Below, piece after piece: positions 38,048 to 48,700 of a stretch of 64,000 bases of DNA. The DNA is from Promethearchaeota archaeon. Its GTDB lineage: Archaea; Asgardarchaeota; Lokiarchaeia; Sigyniarchaeales; SOKP01. A program made the position numbers and the translations under genes. The stretch is taken from the NCBI GenBank assembly GCA_048938005.1, contig JBHLMQ010000006.1, positions 1 through 64,000 of the forward strand. Reading direction: 5' to 3'. Below the pieces are notes generated by a model, which saw only the letters and a program-made list of their open reading frames with translations, had not been told where the DNA came from and did no database searches. The stretch's first letter is position 1, and every line of letters starts with the position of its first letter.

Positions 38048-38776
38048 TTAACCTCTTCCTAAATATGCTTCTACTACAATTTTAATATTAGCGACCTCTT
38101 TTGGAGGTCCATCTGCGATTAACTTACCTTGGTGCATAACAAGTACTCTTGGAACTAAAGCCATGAGCTCTCGTAATACATGTCCCGCTATTAAAATGGT
38201 GTATCCTTCTTCATTCAATTGCTTAATTAATTCAACTATGACCATTTGTTCTTCATATGATAGACCACTAAAAGGTTCGTCGAGAAGGAGTAATTCAGGA
38301 TTGGAAGCAAGTGCCCTAGCAATTTCAAGCTTTTTCAAATCACCGAAAGGTAGAATTACCGGGGGTATTCTTGCTTTATCTACTAATCCCACAGACGCAA
38401 GGATCGAACTCGCAAGTTGATTGATTCCAATAATCTCACTCATTGTTTTACCTCTTGGAGACATACATCCAACTATAACATTATCAAGACAGGTGAGATA
38501 TTTTAAAGGTCTGACTACTTGAAATGTTCTCGCTATTCCATATTTAACTCTTTTGTGAACACTAAATTTCGTAATATTTACACCATGAAGCCATATAGAT
38601 CCTGCATTAGGTTTTTCTGATCCAGCAATTAAATTAAATAATGTAGTTTTTCCTGCACCATTTGGTCCTATTAAACCGACAAGGGCACCACGCTCTACAT
38701 CAAAACTTACATCATTTACAGCAGTTAATCCTCCAAATCTTTTTGTTAAATTCTTTATTTGTAAAATTATTGCCAT
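38048..38776 (-). CDS. livG: Liv-type ABC transporter ATP-binding protein
   Basis: 'KRFGGLTAV', GPNGAGKT, 'GIARTFQ', 'LEIARALA', 'EAYLG'. Confidence 0.92.
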   Translation of the reverse strand: MAIILQIKNLTKRFGGLTAVNDVSFDVERGALVGLIGPNGAGKTTLFNLIAGSEKPNAGSIWLHGVNITKFSVHKRVKYGIARTFQVVRPLKYLTCLDNVIVGCMSPRGKTMSEIIGINQLASSILASVGLVDKARIPPVILPFGDLKKLEIARALASNPELLLLDEPFSGLSYEEQMVIVELIKQLNEEGYTILIAGHVLRELMALVPRVLVMHQGKLIADGPPKEVANIKIVVEAYLGRG

Positions 38777-38815
38777 AGCTTTTTCCTCTTCTATTATTTT
38801 AGTTTTTTAATTTAA

Positions 38816-39964
38816 TTATTTTCCTAAAAGAATATCCCACAAGGTTTTTGTATGCTTTATTGCAGGTTCCATAATCCCCCGCTCCGTAAATCTAATAATT
38901 ATCAACAAAATAATTGCGAAAATAAACGCTGCTATAGTTTCAAAGTAAATCTGGAGTTCTGAAGGAAGAAATAATGAAAAAATTTCACTAATAGCTTTAG
39001 TTAATAATGTGAAAGTATATGCGCCCATTACAGCCCCAGAAATTGATGCAATCCCCCCTAAACATGTAAAAACTACCGGATAAAATGATAATGTAGTTGA
39101 AAACGAGAAGAACGTTACTAAACCACGGCGAAGTGTAAATAGAACACCAGCTAAACCTGCAAAAAATGAACTTATCATAAATGAGAATAATTTATACTTG
39201 GTGATATTAATCCCAGAAGCTTGAGTGGCATACTCATCATCGCGTATTCCTTGAAATATCTTACCAAGTCTGGAATTGTAAATAACAAGCATAATAACTA
39301 CACTTATAGTCATAAAAGCAAAAATAATGAAAAATTCTCTCAATATATTGCTTCTATACCAGAAATCTAATGTAAGGGGTAATTCTAGTTGATCTATGTT
39401 TAATTCGGGATATTGTAAAAGATAATAAAATAATAAACTAAATGCTAAGGTACCTAATGCTAAATAAGGTCCTTTAAGTCTAAGAGATGGAATTGCGATT
39501 ATTAACCCTACTAATACTGTTAATATTGCAGCAATAAATATAGCCAAGACCCAATTGATTTGAAACCCGAGCAACCAGGCAAAAGCATAACCACCAATCC
39601 CAAGAAAAGCAGCGTGACCAAAACTAACTTGTCCAGTAACTCCAGCTAATAAATCCCAACTAGCAGCATAAATGGAATATATCATTGCTACTATGAAAAG
39701 ATGATAATATTCAGCCGTATTTAAAATTAAAGGAAAAATGAGAGAAAAACCAAAGCAAAACAGAATTATCCCACCCCTAAATGATGTAATCCAACTTTTA
39801 AAGTTGTCTCTTGCTGCGGGAATTTTATAGTCCACGAATTTTCCTGTTCCCGTAATTATTCTTCTATAAAAGTTTTTAAAGGGTTCCCAAATTGGAAAAT
39901 GAGTTTTAACCTTTAATTCCTCAATTTCCTCAGGTTTTAATATAATTTCTTCTTTTTCAGCCAT
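38816..39964 (-). CDS. livM: Liv-type ABC transporter permease
   Basis: 'GQVSFGHAAFLGIGGY', 'LRLKGPYLALGTLAF', 'IRDDEYATQASGIN'. Confidence 0.9.
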   Translation of the reverse strand: MAEKEEIILKPEEIEELKVKTHFPIWEPFKNFYRRIITGTGKFVDYKIPAARDNFKSWITSFRGGIILFCFGFSLIFPLILNTAEYYHLFIVAMIYSIYAASWDLLAGVTGQVSFGHAAFLGIGGYAFAWLLGFQINWVLAIFIAAILTVLVGLIIAIPSLRLKGPYLALGTLAFSLLFYYLLQYPELNIDQLELPLTLDFWYRSNILREFFIIFAFMTISVVIMLVIYNSRLGKIFQGIRDDEYATQASGINITKYKLFSFMISSFFAGLAGVLFTLRRGLVTFFSFSTTLSFYPVVFTCLGGIASISGAVMGAYTFTLLTKAISEIFSLFLPSELQIYFETIAAFIFAIILLIIIRFTERGIMEPAIKHTKTLWDILLGK

Positions 39965-40000
39965 TTTTATCGTGTCTCCTTTTACTTACCTTATATTTAA

Positions 40001-40897
40001 TTATATTTTTTCTTTCTTTCCTAATATTCCTCGAGGTCTAATCATTAGCATTACTATTATAACGATAAGATACAAAATACTAGATAAATTGAAATATGGG
40101 TCAATAAAATATTGGCAAATGTATGTAGCGAATGAAAGAATAAACGCACCAATCACTGTTCCAGGAATACTTCCCATCCCTCCTAGAATTACCACTGACA
40201 TAGATAATAATAAGAAATGCCAACCACTCGCCATATCTAATGGTTCTTCAGGTACATATAGAAACGCAGCAAATCCAGCTAGAAAAGCAGACAGAGTCAC
40301 CGTAAATAATAGTACACTATCGATGTTTATCCCCATTAGTTGAGCAGCATCTTGGTCTTGTGAAACAGCCCTTATTGCTTTGCCAAATCTAGATTTCTTT
40401 ATAAATATTATTAACAAAACAATGACAACCGATGATATTATCATAATAAATATTTCATGATAACTGAATAAGATACCAAAAATACTAACAGCCCCAGAGA
40501 TGAATGAAGGAAATTGGAGAAATGTATAACCTGGCACAAGATGTTCGATTAACATTATTGTCTGTTGAATAAGAAAACCCAATGCAAATGTTGCAATCAT
40601 TACCATTATTTCATTATCACGAAATGGCTTTATAAGTGCGAAATAACTAAGTGCTCCAATTACTGTAATTATTGTTAGACCTAGAAATACTCCAAGCGCA
40701 TAATCCAATCCAAGATATTCAGGACTAGTAAAACTAAAGATAAGATAGCCGGTAAGAAAATAAAACATTCCATGACTCAAATTAATAACACCCCCAACGC
40801 CATAGACTAAAGAATAACCTAAAGAGATTATGGCTAAAATTAGCCCTAAACTGCTTCCAAAAATCAGAATTTCAATTATATCAGTAAAAAATGTCAA
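40001..40897 (-). CDS. livH: Liv-type ABC transporter permease
   Basis: 'SLGYSLVYGVGGVINLSHG', 'GKAIRAVSQDQDAAQLMGI', 'RPRGILG'. Confidence 0.9.
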   Translation of the reverse strand: MTFFTDIIEILIFGSSLGLILAIISLGYSLVYGVGGVINLSHGMFYFLTGYLIFSFTSPEYLGLDYALGVFLGLTIITVIGALSYFALIKPFRDNEIMVMIATFALGFLIQQTIMLIEHLVPGYTFLQFPSFISGAVSIFGILFSYHEIFIMIISSVVIVLLIIFIKKSRFGKAIRAVSQDQDAAQLMGINIDSVLLFTVTLSAFLAGFAAFLYVPEEPLDMASGWHFLLLSMSVVILGGMGSIPGTVIGAFILSFATYICQYFIDPYFNLSSILYLIVIIVMLMIRPRGILGKKEKI

Positions 40898-41077
40898 ATC
40901 GAATCAATCTTTTAAGTGTTTGTAATAATTATATTAATTTTAGTTATTAATTAAAATTGGTTAAAAAACCTTTTGATTTTTAATTTTCCCTTAATGTAAA
41001 AATTCAATGAGATTACGCCAACGCGTTGAAAGAATATAAAAAAAAAATTTTTTAAATTTTAATTTAATTTAGTTAAG

Positions 41078-42610
41078 TTAATGTACACCAGGTAGCCACC
41101 AATGAGGAAACATTATTTCGTTGCTGTATGCTGTTTGGTTTAAGGGTATACCAAACTTTAGACCTATCGTGGGATATGTCACTGTGTCAAGAGGACCTTC
41201 TAAATTGGAAAAATAGCCAGGATGTCTTGTTTCATTTCCGTAATCCCATCCTGGAACGAGAGGACAAGTTTGATACATATATTGATTTGGATTCGAAAGA
41301 TTTAGAGGTTGCCACTGACGGAATTGATTTTCGCCCCATCCAACAGGCAGGCTTCCATTTTGAGGTAATATATCATGAGCTTCATCAAATCCTATAAATT
41401 GGTTAAGTCCTTGATATGGATTTGAGTAATCTAATTGCTCCAAAGCAAGAACAAGTTCATCACCATTTAAAATTTTATCCGCCGCTACCATTAAATCAAC
41501 AATTATATTAATACCATTAGCACCATTCCAGGTTGTATAGATTGGAGATTCTCCCCATTTTACGAAGTATTCCTCCAGAAAAGGTAATATATACGGAGTA
41601 CCATTGTTATATGAAAAACCATGGGAAGTAATTTCATACAATCCAGCATGTACTTTATAGCCAGCATTGTAAGTATATAATGGATATACGTCAAATTGTG
41701 CCATAACATTGATGCCTGCCACAAGAGCATTTGGGTGATAAAGACCGTAGCGTGCTCCGAAATTTGCTCCAACAGTTGGATCTGAGATTATTGGAACTAT
41801 TAAATGAGATTTGGATCCTGCTATGGTATACCACATTGTATCATAATCAAATGCGATTCCACCAGCAGGAATTTCTTTTAATATCATTGTAATACCTGGG
41901 TTTTTAGCTTGAACTGTTGCTATAAATTCATCTCTAACGTCTCCAACCCAAATAAGTTTCTCATATACAACTGTAATATTTTCAACTGGATATCCCATAT
42001 GGTTAGAAATGTTTCCTAAAAGTCTGTTATTTACATAATTTCCTATAATTACTCCCATTCTTTGATTATTAAGCGGACCCAACCGAAATGTATAATTATA
42101 TATTTCAGGCTGATTTTTCACTCTTACCCAACACCAATCTCTCGTTGCGGTACCGGTTATAAGAAAAGGAACGTGACCACCCATTGCTATAGTTTGGTAA
42201 TCCGAAAAAACTTCAGAACGGAAACCTCCCAGCATAGCATGAGGTGCATGTTCAATCATCGCATATGTAGCGGCCTCTGCTGTATCAAAATCATATGCTG
42301 CTTCTTTCGTATCTTCTGCCACCATGCCAACCCAATAGTTTACACCACCTATCTCTACACCACCACCTAAATTAATTCGGCGCGCTGCTATATACATTCC
42401 ACCCCAAGCTCCTTCACCGCTCCAACTCATATCATCGAGAAGTCCGAATTTAATCGTATTGCTCAATGGTTTTTTTGAGGGTTCAAGGCCTGGATATATA
42501 AAAGGATTTTCTGCTCCGGGAGCAAGGAAAAACCATGCTCCTACACCGATTCCCACGCCTATAACGGCAATAAGAACAATAGCTAGAATTCTTTTTGTTA
42601 AAGCTTCCAT
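41078..42610 (-). CDS. Liv-type ABC transporter substrate-binding protein, membrane anchored
   Basis: N-terminal TM anchor, 'AARRINLGGGV', 'LGGFRSE', 'YTFR'; first gene of the liv operon; ATG at 42610. Confidence 0.82.
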   Translation of the reverse strand: MEALTKRILAIVLIAVIGVGIGVGAWFFLAPGAENPFIYPGLEPSKKPLSNTIKFGLLDDMSWSGEGAWGGMYIAARRINLGGGVEIGGVNYWVGMVAEDTKEAAYDFDTAEAATYAMIEHAPHAMLGGFRSEVFSDYQTIAMGGHVPFLITGTATRDWCWVRVKNQPEIYNYTFRLGPLNNQRMGVIIGNYVNNRLLGNISNHMGYPVENITVVYEKLIWVGDVRDEFIATVQAKNPGITMILKEIPAGGIAFDYDTMWYTIAGSKSHLIVPIISDPTVGANFGARYGLYHPNALVAGINVMAQFDVYPLYTYNAGYKVHAGLYEITSHGFSYNNGTPYILPFLEEYFVKWGESPIYTTWNGANGINIIVDLMVAADKILNGDELVLALEQLDYSNPYQGLNQFIGFDEAHDILPQNGSLPVGWGENQFRQWQPLNLSNPNQYMYQTCPLVPGWDYGNETRHPGYFSNLEGPLDTVTYPTIGLKFGIPLNQTAYSNEIMFPHWWLPGVH

Positions 42611-42792
42611 AAAATAGATCACTTCTTATTTTATTTTTTTATATTTTTTATTTAAATTTAGATTTACAAGTACTATCTCATTTTAACATATATATAAAGT
42701 TTTCAACTTTTTATATCCAAAATCAGCATATATATATAAAAATTTGTAAAAACCATTCAAAAAAATGATCTACATTATTATTTAATTAATAC

Positions 42793-45700
42793 TTAGAAAA
42801 AATATATGTAATAAATCTGTAGAGCAAGCAATATTCCAAATAGAACAAGCAAAATAATTAAAATTATAAGGGTATAAAACCTCCACTTAATTGAAATATT
42901 TTCACGTTTTTCTTTAAAACTTATATAGGGTAACAAAATAGCCCCCATTATCCAAATTGATATCCAAATAGTGAAAATATACCAAACCCATGTTATAAAA
43001 GCAAACAAAAGAACAATAATGCTACCCCAGCTGATGATTAAACGCAACATTCTACGCCGAAACATTAAATCAGCATCTTCAGATTTTTTAGAAGGCATAA
43101 TAGAGTAAAGTATCCCAAAAATAGGAAAAACTAGTACTATTGAATGAACCAACCAGAGTGTAAGTATGTATGTAAGGATACCAAAAAATATTGATACAAA
43201 GAGGCTAAATATTATCCAAACATATTGAAAATTTTTCTTTAGGAAACTGACAATTTTAATAAATGTGTTCTTAATTAAGATTTTGACTTTTCTAAAGAAT
43301 ATTGTAAGATAATCAACTAATTTATTGAAGAGTTCTTTTAATTCTTCCAAAAGGAAAATAAATGGATAAACCATAACTGTAATGATAAAGATTGCTAATC
43401 CTGCAATCCAAGATAAAGAAATAAAATATATGATTATGCTTAATAAAACAAATATTATTACCCAAAAGGTGAGAGCTAAAATAGAATGTTCTTTAAAGGG
43501 TTTTATCTTTATTCCTAAGAACATTATAAAAACTAGAGAAGAGATACTTAAATTTAAAAAGATATTGAAATCTGGAATAAAATTCAATAATAAAAATACA
43601 TCAATAGATAATAGACCTCCAATTATTAGAAATGAGTAAGATCTCAAGGATTTTCGTAATGTTTCTTTTAGAACGCCTATGAAGTTATCGATATATGTAA
43701 GAATAAACATAATGAAAAGAGAGGCTAATGTTAAATTAAGGATGAGAAATGGATTTAAACTAGCAAAATATAATGGCCATGTCATGAAATTGAGATATGA
43801 CAAGCCAATTAGAGAAACTCTAATTTTCTCTTTGTTAGAAACAACTAATTGCCAAAAAAGTAATAATTTAAAAAGATAAGCGAACTCAAGGATTAAGATA
43901 AAAATGATTATAGGTATAACTGTTAATAAAAATGTAATAGAAAAAATATTATAAAGCCATATTAAATAAGTTGATGTAAATATCATAATTAAAATCCAAG
44001 ACATTACTTTTACATAACGAGTAGCTATTCCTAAAAACTTTAATAGATAACTATCTATAATCATTAATAGATGGATTAAAAGGCTTAAAATCAATAGTAT
44101 CAATGGGATTGGAAATCCCTGCAAAAATAATGCTTGGAATATTGAAATGGATAATGTAATGTAGAAACCCGTGCCTATTGTATGTTGAACATATGTTTGG
44201 ATTTTATTAAGAGCATCTTTGGTATTAGGGTAAAAATCCTTTAATGAGGCAAAAAGAGAATAATTAGTATAAAATTGCATTAGTATAAAAATAAAGATTT
44301 CCAAACTAAGCAGAAAAGGATATTGAGATATCAAATTGTTTAAAATTAGAAATAACATTAATGAAATTGTAAAAAAGCTGATAGTATGAACTAATGATGC
44401 ATAACTTCTCTTTACTTTCTTTATTGAATAAATATCTAACAATGTTAGTACAAATAATATTGATACAGATACCATTATACTTTCAATCAAATCAAAGCCT
44501 AAAAATTCACTAACCAAGCCATACATGATGATGCTTATTTCAAAATATAATATTAATAGCATGAATGAATTTATCTTCGGTAAAAAATTAGGATATTTTT
44601 GCTTATCTATCATAATATTAATGTATTTAATAGAATTGAATGAAAAGCATATCTCTATTAATATTATTAAATTAATCATGAAAAAGTTTAAATAATCTAA
44701 TATTGTGAAGATGTAAAAAAGACTTATAGCTAATAATCCTTGAAATAGGACGAAAAGAATAAATTCAATCCAATTTTTCAAACGTTTCTCAATTTTGACG
44801 AAAAAGAAACTTAGAGCATATAATAGAATAGTAGCGTTTTGAAATAACAAAGAATAGTAGGGAAAACCTTTTAATCCTTCAAAAAGTAGTATTAGTCCAT
44901 CAGAGATTAAAGAAGCTATATAAAAGGAACTCCATATAAATGAATTATAAATAAGGATTAAACGAGCTGTAGAGATCTTCTCTTTCGAAATATCTAAGTA
45001 AGATAAAAAATGGAGAAAAATAAGATTTAAAAGAGAGATTGTTAATACTAAAAGGAAAACATTTAAATGAAACAAATAAAGGAAAAGAGACAACGTATTG
45101 CTGAATATAAACCACGAACATACAATAAATTTATTTCGAGTTGAATTAAATAACAAATAGAAATAATTTCTATCCATTAAGTAACTCTCAATAAATGCTA
45201 TTCCACTAACTACTAATAAAAAAGAATAAATTGAAATTGCTAAATTGATAAAAACTAAATATAGAAGAAGATTTACAGCTAAAGCAAAAGGAATTAAAAG
45301 ATATAAAACAAAACTAATTTTATTGAAATAACGGAGTGGATTTTTTATTTTTATATCTAATTTTGATTTTTCAATATATTTTAAACAGAATAAGAATAAA
45401 AATGGCCAAATTATTAAAAAATCACAAATCTGGTAAACTATCAAAATTTGAGTAAATAGAAATAGCTTTAATAGATTTGGCAAAATAATTGCAATAAATA
45501 AGGAAATACAAATTGAGTTTAATAGAAAACCTGTAAGATTGAGCCATTTAACTTGATTCTCATCCTCAAAAAGCTTCAATATGCTATTTCTTTTTTCTGG
45601 TGTTTCAGCCTTCACTAAATTTTTAAATATATTAATTAAAATCTGAAAAGAAATGAGATAAAGTATCGCCCAAGTTAAAAACCATAAGGGTTGAATAAAC

Positions 45701-48700
45701 TCAAATATTAAGAGCAATTCTAAAATAAGTGTTGATATTGGAATTGGAATACCAAACCAGAGCATATATCGATATTCAGTGAATATAAAGTATAAGAAAA
45801 CGATAAACACTGAAGAAAACGTAGAAATTAAAATAGCAGGGGATGCTTTAAATATGATGGAAATTAAGGATGTCACTGAGAGGGATGCTCCAACTGCCAC
45901 TATTAAATACGGAATTATTTTATTAATACGGAATTTCATTTTATAACGATTAAATATGAAAAAGGAACATCCACCAACGGTTAATGCTAATGAAAAAGCA
46001 AACAATAATAAGCCCGGAAAAAAATTGAATGTGTTGAATGTCAACCATGAAAAATTAAAAATTAGAATCCAAGAGAGGCATAAATTTATTATTCTTTTGG
46101 GTAATTGTGTGTATTTAGAGGAAAAAAGACTGAATCCAATCACAATAAGACTAATGTTAACAGAAAAAATGGGATCCAAAATTATAGAATAAAGAACAAA
46201 GTAGATTGTTAAGAAAATTCCTAATAAAGTTATGAAATATGCACCTATTAAGATAATGCCAATTGATCTTATATTTGGGAAAAACGAATAAACAATCAAA
46301 AATAAGCCAATAACTAATATGTCAATAGAAATTGTAATTTCTGGTAAGATGCCGATTTCCATCAGATAAAATAACAAAAATCCAGCATTAATAACAGTTA
46401 ATGGGAATATCCATAAAATCGAAATAATTTTCCAATATTTAAATATTGCCAATAATGGCATTAATAAGATTGCTGAAAACAGACCAAAAGATAAATTTGT
46501 TAATAAAATGTCAGTCGGAAATAGATATTGACTTACCCAATATAATAAGAATAAGCTTTCACCCCAAATAATAAAAACAATTAGAGAAAAGTATTTCTTT
46601 ATTTTACTATACACTACTGGCAAGAAAAATAAGGAGCAAATTATAATTGATATTATTAGTGAGCCATCTACACTAAAGGCTCCGAATTGTAATGATTTAG
46701 TTAAAACATCTATTCCTGTGAAACTTTGATAAATAATATAAAAGTTAACAAAGGGAAGAATATTCCAAGCATACCACCCAGATTTCCAAATCGCCCAAGA
46801 TATTCTCCACTGGTAAATACCAATTGAAAGATAATATAAGAAAACTCCAAAATTAATTGCAACTATTAGAGGAACAACAGATAAAAGGGGCAAATCCAAG
46901 GATGCGATGATAAGAAAGTATAAAAAGGTTGGAAAAGAGAGCACAATTGATATAAGCACGATATAAAAGGATATCTTTCTAAATCGTACTGGTGAATTAT
47001 TATATAGAAGAACAAATCCAAAACCAGTTATACTCATTGTTAGTGTAAAAGTTAGAATAGGATTATATAATCCAAAAATCAGATTGTTAAAAAACCAAGA
47101 ATATGACATAAAGCTAGTAATGTCAAAGATAGCTAAAACCACACATGGTCTAATAAACCATTTATAACGCTCATCTTTTAGACGATAGAAGAAAAATCCT
47201 ATGAATAATAAAAAAATTAGAATTGAGATTGTTATGTTATAGATAATGAGGATATTAGTAAACGTAATTAGAGAGACAAAAGACAAGAGAGAAATGAGAA
47301 AATATAATGCAAATTTCTCTAAATTGTTATTTTTTTTAATGTTTATTAAAATCGAGAAAAATAAAGCCCAACTCATAGTTAAGAGGGATATAATGACGAG
47401 AATACTAAATCCCAATATGACACTATACATGCTTAAAATCGCTAGAACTTCAATAAATGTTATGTAGCTTAGTAGAAAATACGATACAAATCGAAAAATG
47501 GGGATTATACTCCTTTGAGAAAGAATTAGCGCATATGATATTAATGTAAGAAAAATTGTAAGAATTGAGTTAAAGTAAAGAAGACTTACTAGTAATAACA
47601 CTGATGGTATATAAAATTGGTATAAAGTAAAAACAGATCTTTCTTCTACAGTTTTGTTAAATCTTAAAAAGGAATAATATAGAAATAAAATTACATTAAC
47701 CGTAATAACTGTTATCTGTAATAAAAGATTCTGATTAAAGAAAGGGATGATAGCTGTTAGATTGTATAAAATTTCTAAATATATGCTTAATATTGAAATT
47801 ATAAATGTTATTAATGTTATTTTCTTCATTAAGAGTTGATTTTTGGCGGAAATATACTTTAAATTCCTTAGAATGTAAAGACTCAGAGGAGTTAAAAGAA
47901 TAAAAGTTAATGAAAACAAAAATATTTTATTTACAATGAAGAATTGGGGAATATAGAATTCAATTAGAGAAAGTGTTAAAGTGCACAAGATTATCTTAAT
48001 AACCAACCATGCTGTTAACTCTAAAATAATCTTTAACTGCGTTAATTTAAATTCTATCAGATTATCAAAAACAATCACAAACAAAAGAAATATTGTTAGA
48101 AAAAACCCTATTAACATCGATATGTAAAATACCAAATTAGGTAAGATAAACGCAAATAAATTAGTTGAGAGAATCAAAAATGTAAAAGTAAATGATATAG
48201 AAACAACTATTCCATAAACGATTATATCATGTAAATAATTAAATATCTTTAATTCCGGAAAATAATCAGATGATAACTTTAGTGTATACATACTTAAAAC
48301 AAAAAACATAAATAAAGAACAACTTATTATTAAAAGGGTAAAAGGGTTTAGCGTTATTGTTACGATAAAGATTGATGCTACATAATAAGATAAAAGCACT
48401 GTAAATAAAAACCAAGAAATAATTCCAGATAATTTGAAGCGTTTAATATAACTCTCTTTTAATTTAATTCTTACACTTAATAATTCAGAAATCTTTAAAA
48501 AACTAAATAAAAGGAATATTGTTGTAGTTAATATGAGAATTATATTTAATTTTAATCCAAATCTCGTTAAATCTAAACTAATAATTGTTGGTAAAGAAAT
48601 AATCAAACAAGATAAGACAATAAAGTCATAAATCGTTAATTTTTTAATCCATTCTAAATTAAAATATTCTTTTTTATATGAATAATAGAAAAGGAAAAGC

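Noticed and set aside
43382-47467. Plus-strand K/N/I-rich ORFs inside the giant membrane gene
   Set aside because: Expected antisense by-products of T-rich hydrophobic codons
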